DNA of 64,000 bases from Hydrolagus colliei. Its lineage: Eukaryota. Both the position numbers and the translations under genes were made by a program. This document shows, piece by piece, positions 51,297 to 61,895 of the stretch. The notes beneath the pieces are model-generated. The model did not search any database. It was given only the letters and a program-made list of their open reading frames with translations, and was not told where the DNA came from. Where the stretch lies: contig CM068745.1 of the NCBI GenBank assembly GCA_035084275.1, positions 70,184,001 to 70,248,000 of the forward strand. Direction: 5' to 3'. Numbering within the stretch: the first letter of the stretch is position 1; each line of letters opens with the position of its first letter.

Positions 51297-51957
51297 TTAC
51301 ACTCCTCTGTGACCAGAATCCAAATTCCGATGATGGGCTTCAATTACTCCTTTGCCCATATGTGCATTTTAAAGGACGATAAGATGTGCGCATTGGATGA
51401 CATTGTTCAAGTGCTGGAAGAGCTGAGAGCGGCTCGTGCTGTGAATCGCACTGGGATTATCATCAACTACCCAAATACCTATCTTAGAGATGGCCAGGAG
51501 GTGTTTATAGGGCATCAACTTGGAGGAGTTATGTTACAGAGCAAAGATCGGGTTAAATCTGCCAGAGCTGTGCAGATTACCTACTATCTTCAAACTCGCA
51601 ATTCTTTAAGTGATTTGGTGGCAGAGAAATGGGAATCCGTCTTCTGTGAGACTGTGGAAAACTTCCAGAAATCCAACAAAGAGCTAAAGCTCTATCCATT
51701 CACATCATCGTCTTTGAGGGAGGATTTCCAGAAGACCAGTCAAGTGTCAGAATGGTATCTGATAACCAGCCTGGTGGTGGTGTTGGTTTTGGCTGTGCTG
51801 TGCTGCTCCATGCAAGACTGTGTCCGTAGCAAGCCCTGGCTCGGGCTCCTGGGTCTGGTGACCATGGGCCTCGCGACCCTCACCTCTGCAGGGATAATCA
51901 ACTTGATGGGAGGGAAATACAACTCTACCTTCCTAGGAATTCCCTACATTGTCTTAG
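51297..51957 (+). CDS. PTCHD1: PTCHD1 exon 2 (661 nt; first luminal loop and start of the sterol-sensing domain)
   Basis: Pyrimidine tract plus ttcaag| acceptor; phase 0 matches exon 1. Reads [11 protein letters not shown]...FNYSFAHMC...GHQLGGV...[12 protein letters not shown]...[21 protein letters not shown]...[16 protein letters not shown](G). Phase-1 donor TTAG|GTAATT at 51957/51958. Confidence 0.95.
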
Positions 51958-52811
51958 GTAATTATGCATCTGTAACTGGCATCCATATTTGAGTTTTGGC
52001 AACTTTCTAACATAGAGACATCCTCACGGAACTAAGACCACTCAATTGACCCTTTAAGGACTGACAAATGCATAACCTCTCAAAAGCAAGCTTGGTTTAT
52101 CTCAAATGTGTCTTCTAAAATAATCTTCTGCAAAAATTGATACAGACCACATAGATTGCAATTCCTGAGAACAATAGAAATATAGAATTTGATCTTGAAT
52201 GACTGGGAACTAAAATTTAAATGTGGTCCCATTTCCTAAAATCCTGTGGTAAAGAGAATGACTGATGTTTCCTTAAATTTCCTTATTTCAAAGTCTTGGT
52301 ACAGATTTCAGATAGCATGTTATTGTGTGTTTGATTCATGGTTGATGAACACATAGGAATTTATGGCACAGAAGAAGGCCATTCAACCTTGTGTCTGTGC
52401 TGGACATTTGAAAGAGTCATTCATTTATTATTCAGTCCCATTTATTTGCCTTTTTCCCATACTTCAATGAATCATGAATCAAGCAGAATTGTGTGCCTTA
52501 GATGTGAAAAGTTCTCATGGTTGGCTTTGACCATGGACCTTGGGTGTAGCTGCAGTCCTGAACGGGTTAAACATGTTAAACAGGTCATAATGTGATTTAC
52601 TTGTGAGGATCCATTATTTCCCATCAACGCTGAAATTAATTTTCGGTCATACAGATAGAAATTGTTTCTGATCTTGCAGGCTTCTTTCTTTCAGTCTTTT
52701 CTCACCATTCCTAAAGCTCAGTTTACATTTTTATAACAAATGTGAAACATTTACATTTTTCACAACCACAAAATTTACAACCGCTGTCTTTGAATGTAGA
52801 AACAATAAATA

Positions 52812-53881
52812 CAGGTATCCGTCCCCAATCGCGGGGGATACATTCCTGTAAACCTCCATGGTTGGTAAAACCGCGGTTGGAAAATACAGGACCCTATGGG
52901 AAACATGGGGATACAGGGAGTAAGTTCGTGTTTCGTAGAACTAAACACAAAAAAAACACATACAGTTATAACATACATGGGGATAGTGGGAGTAAGTTTG
53001 GGCGCATCTGGAGCAATCCGCGTGGCTGTCTGACTGACTAATCTACACACAGATAGAGAAGAGAGAGAAAAGATGAAAGAGAGAAGGGGGTTTGGGGGAG
53101 AGGGGGGCAGTGGGGCAAGAGAAGGTGAAATAGAGAGAAGGTGAGAGAGAGAAGGGGGTTGGGAGTGGGGGGAAGAGAAGGTGAAATAGAGAGAAGGTGA
53201 GAGAGAGAAGGGGAGGTGGGGGGAAGAGAAGGTGAAATAGAGAGAAGGTAAGAGAGAAGGGGGGTGGGGGAGGGTGGGGGGGAGGGAAGAGAAGGTGAAA
53301 TAGAGAGAAGATGAGAGAGAGAAGGGCGGGTGGTGGAGGGGGAGCAGAGAAGGTGAAATAGAGAGAAGATGAGAGAGAGAAGGGGGGAGTGGGGGGAAGA
53401 GAAGGTGAAATAGAGAGGTGAGATAGAGACTTTTCTAAAATCCGAGATGCACACAGAAAGAGAGAGAAAGATAGAGAGATCCCTCTTCAGCCTGAGATAC
53501 AGAGAAAGAGACTTCTACAGCCTGTGGTACACATACAGAGAGAGAGAGATCTGCAGATCCTGGCAGCCAATGCTCCCAAACTTACTAGCTAGGCTGCGGA
53601 GAAGCGACAATAAATTAATGTTACTGTATTAACCTTAATCCTAAGAGAGAAGCTTTGTCGCTGGTTGATTGCAACATCGCAACTGGGTCCTAGCACTATA
53701 CGTTAGCGCGAAGCGACATCGAGCTGGTTGATGCAACTGGGTCCTAGCGCTAAACGCTAGTGTTAAAACCCGTGGATAAGCAAGGGTTATAAGCCGTGGT
53801 TGGCAAAGGTTGTCGCATTTAGCAAACCGTGGATGCGTGAGTTTTGTGGTTGACGAGGCCGCTGTTGGGGAGGGATACCTA
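52812..53881. mobile_element. Non-autonomous Tc1/mariner-superfamily (Tigger/pogo-like) DNA transposon
   Basis: Left end TA|CAGGTATCCGTCCCCAATCGCGG and right end CCGCTGTTGGGGAGGGATACCTA|TA are imperfect 23-bp inverted repeats with a TA target duplication. CpG-retaining ends; no transposase ORF. Confidence 0.85.
53052..53430. repeat. Purine-rich ~45-55 bp minisatellite inside the transposon
   Basis: GAGAAGGTGAAATAGAGAGAAGGTGAGAGAGAGAAGGGGG... repeated about 6-7 times. Confidence 0.9.
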
Positions 53882-53883
53882 TA

Positions 53884-54062
53884 TAGTCAAACCTGTTAAA
53901 TCAACAACCTTTATTTAGCAACCACCTCTTGTCAAAAATCACCCTCGAACAGTCCTGACAGATTTTCCGTAAGAAACCAGCTCTATTTAGCAACCAGCTC
54001 CCTGAAGAAGTGGCCACATTTTTTAAGCCTTAATGGTGTTTTGACACCCTTTTAATGGCCAG
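53884..54062. mobile_element. Possible second, older Tc1/mariner-type terminus
   Basis: TAGTCAAACCTGT...TATTTAGCAACCA (twice) resembles CAGTCAAACC-type termini. The partner end was not found. Confidence 0.4.
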
Positions 54063-56730
54063 TTCTAAGTGAATTTAAGCATAAAGATCTCTGTAGGCCC
54101 ATATATAGATTCCCGTTAGACTCCCAGATAGAGAAGGATTTAGTGTGGTTCAAGGGAATTGCTAGACATTTACCTTAGGATTTGATTTCCTTCGAAGATA
54201 TGGAATGAATTACAAAAACAGGACAGTGGAATCTAAGAAATAGAGGTAACAATTTATCAGTTTCCCTCTTTGTAATTTAGTATTAACATGTATTGGTATA
54301 CACTAACAAAATTAATTAGTGCAGTAAATTCATCTTATTAATAAAAACTAGTATGCCAAGTTTGATTGATGGGTTCATTTGTGCATGTATTTTTCTATAC
54401 ACGCAGAAATTGTACCTACACCAATGAATCCTTACTCAGCCTTACATAAAGGCCACTTTGATGCAGAACACTATGTAATTGCTGAAGACAGACAGGATTG
54501 TCTGTGGTTAAACACAATGCAATGAAGTCCTCTGTTTGTCATAGTTATCTCAGGCGAATTTAATCTCAAGACTGTAGCTGCAAAGATTTTTATTAGAAAA
54601 GTGTGGTGGGGGGGACAATAGGTGTAGAATCTGCTTTCTACTACTAGATATTACTAGGTCACATTTTAAGTACTATTCTGTACAGCATGCCTAAATACTG
54701 CTATTAACATCTACTGGCAATGTATAAGCACTACACCAATTTTAAACACCATACCAACATAAATTTGTGGTGCAGGAATTTTACATTAAGGGCTCTGTTT
54801 TTCCAGTTTCCTTCCCCAGAAGCTTATACTATAGTAAGCTTGCTTCAGAGTAAGTACAAGATTTTATTTTCCAAGGTGAACTTTATTTTGGTCCCGATTC
54901 CCAGGGAGGAAAAATCTCAACATTGAAAATCTCATTTGATTAACTGTGGTGCTATTTGCACTTGACTTGTGGCTGCTTTTAAAGTTATAACCAGAAAGGA
55001 CCAACAATAAACCTTGTCTTTAACAACTCACTATCCCAAAGGTTAGTGAAACTAGATATCTCAGGGCTGATTTATGCCAATTATTTTGCGGTCATAGAGT
55101 TTTTACAGAGCAATTCACCAAATGATTATAGAATTTGATCTTATATAACTGGGAGCTAAATTTCAAGTGGGGTTTCACCTCCTGAATCACATGTTTTCTT
55201 AAATGTCCTAATTCAAAGTCTGTGTACCGATTTCAGATAACATGTTATTGTCTGTTCATGTTTGATGAAGATATGGAATGAATGGCAAATAAACCAGATA
55301 ATTCCCTTTCAAAGCCAGTGCCAAGAATATGTACCTCTCATTTTTACCACACATCGAGAACTAACCAAAGTACTAACACTGTATTTACAATGTAAACAAG
55401 AAGCAGTATCACATGATTTTTCCCATGTTAAGATAATACTGTACACAAAGTTGATGCAGGAGGAAGTGTTGCAAAGCTGGCTCCTATATAGAACTGCATT
55501 ACTTTCGAATTATCCTACACAGGAATCATGCTGCATTGCAGAATAGTGTGGACTGTTTTTGGTGGATCGGTGAATCCTACAAATCACTTTTGCGCTCCTG
55601 TTCAAGATTAAAGTAGGGCAGCGGAATTAATCTCAGCCATAATTATTTTGCATTGTACTTGATCTTCATAGCTCCAGGCATGGAAATCTAAGAAAAATAA
55701 AACATTGTATCTGCATTAAATAGATACATTCTATGCACCAGGGGCCTGAAAAGTTCCTGAATCCTCGACTGAAAACTCTTCAAATTTAGGATTATGCAAT
55801 TTTGTAACATTTTAAATTTAGAAACAGGTTTTCTGAAGTTCCTAAAAGGGATTAAAACTGAATTGAAGATTTTTCCACAAAGGGCAAATAATAATGTATC
55901 AAAGAATAATTTTTTAAATGGAGAAAGGAGGATGCTTTGATGCATTATTATTTGCCTTTTGTGCTTTTAATCCAGTCGTAAAGTCAATAAGAACAAGTCA
56001 GCATATTACTTTTAATATATTATATATAAACTATAATTTGACTCAATTACACAGCATAACATTGTTACGGTTTATAGTAAATAATAGCACAGCATATTTT
56101 TGGTAACTTTAATAACACAACTAGATTGAATCTAGTTATGTTATTCATGTTGAATGGGAAAAAAAGATAAAATGTGAAAATTCTAACGTTGTGGTGTACT
56201 GAAATTTTGGGTGCTTGAAGTATTTATTAGTTTTACCTACATATTCTTGAATTGTTCTACTTTTTGAAATATGAATGAGTTACTGATTTCTGAAGCAGTC
56301 TGTTTGATATTTCGAGGATCAATTTATTTTTCCGAACTGATTGTTAAAATTGACAATGACCTCTTCTAGAGATGTGAATTTAATTATCTGTGGGATAGGT
56401 AATGATACCCTTAGGTTATGATGGCTCATATGGCAGGCTTGGTAATGTGAGTGTTTAACTCAGTGAATGTACATCTTATGATATTTTCATAAGACAGCAA
56501 AACAACAGGTTCAGAGTTCTAAAGGGTAATTTTAGGAATGATACCAGGAAATATTACTTCACACGGTTGGTAATTAGTGACTGTGATGGGTTACCAGGAA
56601 AGGTGGTGCGCAGGGCACTGATTATTTAAGAAATAGCTATGTTGTCGGTAGAGAAAATCAAATAAGTTAAGGAATATTGTTCCTTTATGGCCTTTTTCCA
56701 CATCAGGGTACACAGTTATTTAATGTTGGC

Positions 56731-57284
56731 TCAGTCTGGCTCAGTTCGTCACCCCAACACCTCTGAATCAGAAGATTGTGGCTTCAAAACCCATATCTGG
56801 ACTTTGAACTGATATAGTCTAGGCTGACGTTCCATCACACTGCTATGGGAATGCTGTATTGTTGAAAGGGCCATCCTTCAGTTGATTGAACCACTTTTCC
56901 AGGTAGACATTATATATACTGTGGAACTATTTGAAAAGAGAAGGGAGAATCTCCCAGGGTCCTAGCCAATAGTCCTCCAAACAAAATTGTCACTCATTTT
57001 GTAGCAGTTTGTGGTATTCTGCTATATGCAATTAGCTGACATGTTCACCTACAAAATATACAGGCAAGGGATATGGGGATAGGGCGGGTAAATAGAATTA
57101 GGATAAAAGATCAGCCATGATCTTATTAAATGGTGGGGCAGGGTCGAGGGGCCGAATGAATGGCCTACTCCTGCTCCTACTTCTTATGTTCTTATGCGAT
57201 CCACATTACAATGTATCCTGTAAAGCATTTTGAGATGCCCTCCGAGTGTGAAAGCTTCTATATCAGATGCAAGGATTATGATTA
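56731..57284 (+). mobile_element. DeuSINE-like SINE with a nested CR1 3' end (57064-57196)
   Basis: tRNA head TGGCTCAGTT...CTCTGAATCAGAAGATTGTGGCTTCAAA and a Deu-like centre. The tail resumes after the insert, which ends in (TTCTTATG)2. Confidence 0.8.
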
Positions 57285-58705
57285 ATAACAGTTGTTGTTT
57301 TCTGTCCAATAAATTGCGATTGCAGATATTAATACAATGGGGAGATAGAATAAAAAGAGATTCAGAAGGAGTCAATAAACACACCTGGCTATTTTCATAT
57401 TGAGAAGCCCAAGTAAAGAAATTCCTTAGAGCTTCCTTAGAGAAATAGTAGGCAAAGGCAATAGAAACAAGAAGCTTGTGTGAAAAGGCGAAGACTGAGG
57501 GAGATAAGAAGCTTCATAGTCTTACTGCAATCAAAGGAAGCAATTGGCTATGGAATTCAGTCCAATAATCTTTGATTTCAATATAATGAGGAGAAGAAAG
57601 AGTGTGTTACGTGATATATGTGATGCTTGGAAAGAACAAGGGAGGGCAGTTCAATTAAGAAATTAGAATACATGTTGTTGAAAAATTGGGTGCTGAATCT
57701 ACAAATACCCAAGGCATACACTTCACAGAAAATGTTTGTGACAAAGTACTATATCAAATCCAAGTATCTTTATTCTTCCATTATGAAATCATTTTGAATG
57801 CAGAGTCAAATACTGTACATAGATTAGAATGCATATGATAAGCAACTGTGTACCATAAGAATACAGTATTCACATTATTAAAAAGCTTCTTTTATTCCTA
57901 GGCCTCAATCACTCACCCCACCTTCATGATCATCAATTTTCAACTTTCATTACCAAATTTCAGATGAAGTGCTCAACACAGTTCAATTAAACAAGGGCAC
58001 GCTATTGCAACATAACAACACACGATTTTGCACAGTTTATAGTCCAGACTGCATGGCTTGCTTCAAACTATTTCGGACAACATACATCAGGCCTGGCTCC
58101 ATCACATTGTACTTCAGCTAACCTATTTAATCTATACTAATGTTAGACTGGAAACAAAGTTTTAAGAATAATAGAAAACCAGCTCTAAGATTAAGAGGTT
58201 ATTTCAAAGTTTGCTAAAATTCTGAAATGTTACATAAACAGAGTAAATCTAAACCCAGGTGGAATTTCTTCCCTGTTGTGTTTGAAACACTCTTGTTACG
58301 TGCTACCAGTACCATTACAGTGTTGATGCCGAATATCATTTTATTTTTTATTTCGAGTGTATTCTTCTCGTAAAAGCATTCTTGATAGGATTCACTTTTG
58401 AGTGGATTGAAAGGGCAAAACCAAGTTTTCTAGTGCTGTCTGAACACTGAGATATGTGGCTACTTGAAACATTCTCAAAGCAATGCTATTGTTTATTACT
58501 GTATGTGGGTGTTGTTAGTGAGATTGTTACACTGTTTTGAGCCAGTTTTTTTTGTGGGGGAGGGAAGTGGGCTAGTATAGCATAGGTACCAGTAGTTGGG
58601 AAATTCCTGAATAATTTGATTTAAACTGATACAATGCTAGGTCTCATTTCATTGCACGTTACTGTGCATATCACATCTTGTATTTACTTGAAAGGAATCT
58701 AACCA

Positions 58706-58855
58706 ACTCTGATGGCTCAGTTGGTAAAGGCTACTGCTCTGTGTGAAACTGCCCTGAACAGATCTGGAATGTCCTGGATCTGTCTGATCCATGGTCTGGG
58801 TAAGTTGACATCTCAATTGGTCTGCAACAGTTAGCTTCAGCACCCCAGGCTTGTC
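58706..58855 (+). mobile_element. Old SINE-like repeat, family C (5' fragment)
   Basis: CTCTGATGGCTCAGTTGGTAAAGG head, similar to the 14493 copy. Confidence 0.45.
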
Positions 58856-59177
58856 AAGGTTAGCTCTAGGAGGGCTTGAATGCCAACTGTAACCAAAGCC
58901 CTATGTATACTAATATTGATGGGCTCTAACACTGAGTGTCATGTCACATAGTGAGCTCTGGTTCATAAAAGCACTAGTCCACAGCTTCATAATTGTATTG
59001 CAAGTAATTATTATTGACATTGAGTGAGCTTTGGTGGCATCTTGTGCTTTATTAAGGGTGCAGGAGATGTTGACACAAACTTCAGGAAAAACTCATGTAG
59101 CAATATAGTTGAGAGATGAATAAACTCTCATTCCAATGATTGTGCTTCCCAACTCGGGAATCGCGTAACCTAAAGTG

Positions 59178-59632
59178 ACATTCCAATGCAGCACTGGAGG
59201 TGTGCTACATTGCCAAAGGTGGCGTCCTTTGAATGAGATGTTAAACCGAGGTCCCTTCTGCCAATTCAGATGAACATTAAAGATCCCATGGAACTATTTG
59301 AAAAGAGAAGGGAGTTTCTCCCATTTCCTGGCCAACAAGTGGAGTCCTGTAGTTCAGTGGTTAGAATGCAAACCAAGCTGTTGAGTAAGGCTGTAGAGTA
59401 AGGAAACTTGCCCAAGGTTTCACCCTGCCGGAATTGAACCCAGGTGTCTTGCTTGCGAGGCGAGTGCTCTGAGCTACAGGACTTCATGGCTGTTTGTGGA
59501 ACATTGCTGAATGCAACTGGCTGAATGCAACAAAATACTCAAGTCAATGTGCTTTACAATCCGGTGGAATGCTTTTTATACATTGCTACGATGTGAAAAG
59601 CCATTATATCGAATGCAAGGAATATTATTAGT
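59178..59632 (+). mobile_element. DeuSINE-like element carrying two oppositely oriented family-A SINE heads (59341-59485)
   Basis: Deu-like 59178-59340; GGAGTCCTGTAGTTCAG...CTGAGCTACAGGACTTC insert; the tail resumes at 59486. Confidence 0.75.
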
Positions 59633-59892
59633 GCTTTTATTTAATTTATTATTAGTAGCTGTATTATTACAGGAGACCACAAATTCATTTGAACAACAGC
59701 TTGGAGAAGGATGGGGATTCTGGAACGATCAAACAGGTTAAAAGGCCTTCTTCATCTAAAGCTTTCTTGTGATCTTGAATTTCTGCTTAATGAGGCTGCT
59801 TTGTTTGTTCACAAAAGTGAACTTTCAAGCACTGTTTTGCAGGATATTGATTTACTTAAGTCATTATCATGTAAATCAACATTGAAATGCTC

Positions 59893-60131
59893 AAAACACA
59901 AAATACTACAAGGCTGGAAATCTGAAACAAAAACAGAAGTTGCTGAGAAAACTCAGCAGGTCAGGCAGCATCCATGGAGAAAGGAAAGTGAGTCAACGTT
60001 TTGGGTCCATGGCCATTCGTTAGTACTCGCTTCTGATGAAGGGTCGTGGACCTGAAACGTTGACTCACTTTCCTTTCTCCATGGATGCTGCCTGACCTGC
60101 TGAGTTTTCCCAGCAACTTCTGTTTTTATTT
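59893..60131. mobile_element. Palindromic Penelope-like (PLE) terminal-repeat-derived element
   Basis: Arms 59925-60024 and 60032-60131 are reverse complements, nearly perfect over the outer ~77 bp. The arm sequence (...GAAACGTTGACTC...GATGCTGCCTGACCTGCTGAG...) resembles recalled shark PLE ends. A degraded fragment lies at about 42395-42457. Confidence 0.7.
60028..60066 (+). ncRNA. Minimal type-I hammerhead ribozyme motif (PLE type); activity unknown
   Basis: CUGAUGA(A) at 60033-60040; stem II GGGUC-gug-GACCU at 60041-60053; GAAA at 60054-60057; palindromic AACGUU in place of stem III; stem I is weak in this arm. Confidence 0.55.
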
Positions 60132-61469
60132 GTGATTGAAATCCTCTAACCTGAGAAGGAAAATGATCACCAGAAATCAAGCAAGCTCTGGGTCATTTGA
60201 CATATTTGTAATTTGGGCTTGCAATCTTTGCATCCGTTATCTTTCACTTTGTTTTTAGCCAACAGGTAACTTGCACAGAATCCTGGCCCTGATATGAGTT
60301 AGCTCGGTCTTCCATGGATCCATCTAGCAAGACTAAAAATAAAAGGAGGAAACTAGCAGTTGGAACCTTCAAAATTAACAACCATGAACTGTAAAGGTGG
60401 CTGTTTTTATAATGGTCATTTCCATCTTGGATTTGATTCTTTCAATGCTGCTTTACATGGTGATGATGAGTTAAACAAAATCATGTTGTGTAAAGTAGCA
60501 CCTGAATGTCCACTCAGAATTAAACACACATGATCTGCTATACCAGCAGTTTTGGGTCCTTTATTTAGGCAGAGGTGTTACTGGGGAAGTTACTTGAAAA
60601 CACATTTTAGTTTCTTTCTTAAATTTAGGATCAGAATGCGCTTTGGTTTACTACAATTTTGACCCCACAATCCCATTGTCAAGCACTCCAGGATTCTACC
60701 CTGTATGAAGTCCGCTATATAAATGCAAGTACTGTAGTTATTGTTGTTCAGAAGGGGAACGGTAATCAGAAAGATCAGATTGAATTACTCTAGATCCCCC
60801 TGGGAAGCAGTGGAAATGGATAGTGTCAACAAATTTCAATGTATAGGTATGAAGATACATGATAGTGGGAGAGATCGGGGGGTAGTTTTCAATGGCCTTG
60901 TAGAAAATCGAACGTGTCATAATCATAATGTTTTATGATTTAAGTGCAATTCCTTGTTCCTATTTTCAATAAATACTGTCAACTAATTACCAGTAAGTCA
61001 ATTCATACTGTCAGAAGTCCCCAGCCACTCAACGCATTCAGTCACAAGAGGACCAGTTACTTAATGCTTATTGTCACCAGAATATTAAGGATTCAGTGCA
61101 TATAGTCACCAGACTATCAGGAAATCAATGAATACAGTCATTTGACTCTGAGAACACTGAATCAATTCTGTCACCAGATTCCTAGGGACTCAAACGATAC
61201 TGCCACTAAACTACTAGATACTCCAGAAGACCTCAGGAACAAAAGCTTATTTGTGGGCTGGGAAGGGTGTGATTTTGCTCTTCTTCACCAGATTGTGGAG
61301 AGGAAATAAATATGAAACCATTTGATTTTTTAATTAAAACTGTTCCAGAGGTTACAATTTAAAATAAATGAATTGTCACTTAAAATTCAAGTTGACATCA
61401 ATCCTAAAATGAAAGAAACACAGACGAGAGAAACCAGTCCCTGGTAGTTTGCTGGTAGAGCGAGCCATT

Positions 61470-61895
61470 CCTGCATTTAATATAGCACCATTTCACATCA
61501 TCAAGACATCTGAAAGAAAGTTCTGTGAAGTACAGTGTCTGTGTATTTGAAGGCAAACATGGCAACCAATTTACACACAGCAATGCACCAAACCCATGAA
61601 TGGGTGACCATTTTTAAAATCTGATTGATTGTTGCCTTATAGAGTGGAAGAAACTCCCCTCTCTTTTCAAGTTCAGTACTGTACTGTAATGCCTTGGAAT
61701 CTTTCATGTACACCCAAACAGACAGACTGGACCTTGGTTTAACATCTCATTAAAGCAAAACACAATGCAGTACACCAGCATATCTCCAGGACCACATTGA
61801 CATGTAAGCCTAGATTATAAAATCATTGTCTTGACATAGGGCTTGAACCCAGTACCTTCTGACTCAGAGATGAGAGTATTATCAATGTATCCAGA
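61470..61895 (-). mobile_element. DeuSINE-like SINE, near full length
   Basis: Reverse complement reads ACTCTCATCTCTGAGTCAGAAGGTACTGGGTTCAAGCCC...ATAATCTAGGCT...GAGATGTTAAACCAAGGTCC...tail. Confidence 0.78.

Noticed and set aside
51958-51992. Read-through of exon 2 to a stop ([11 protein letters not shown])
   Set aside because: It follows a canonical donor where PTCHD1 homology ends. There is no evidence for a truncated isoform from sequence alone.
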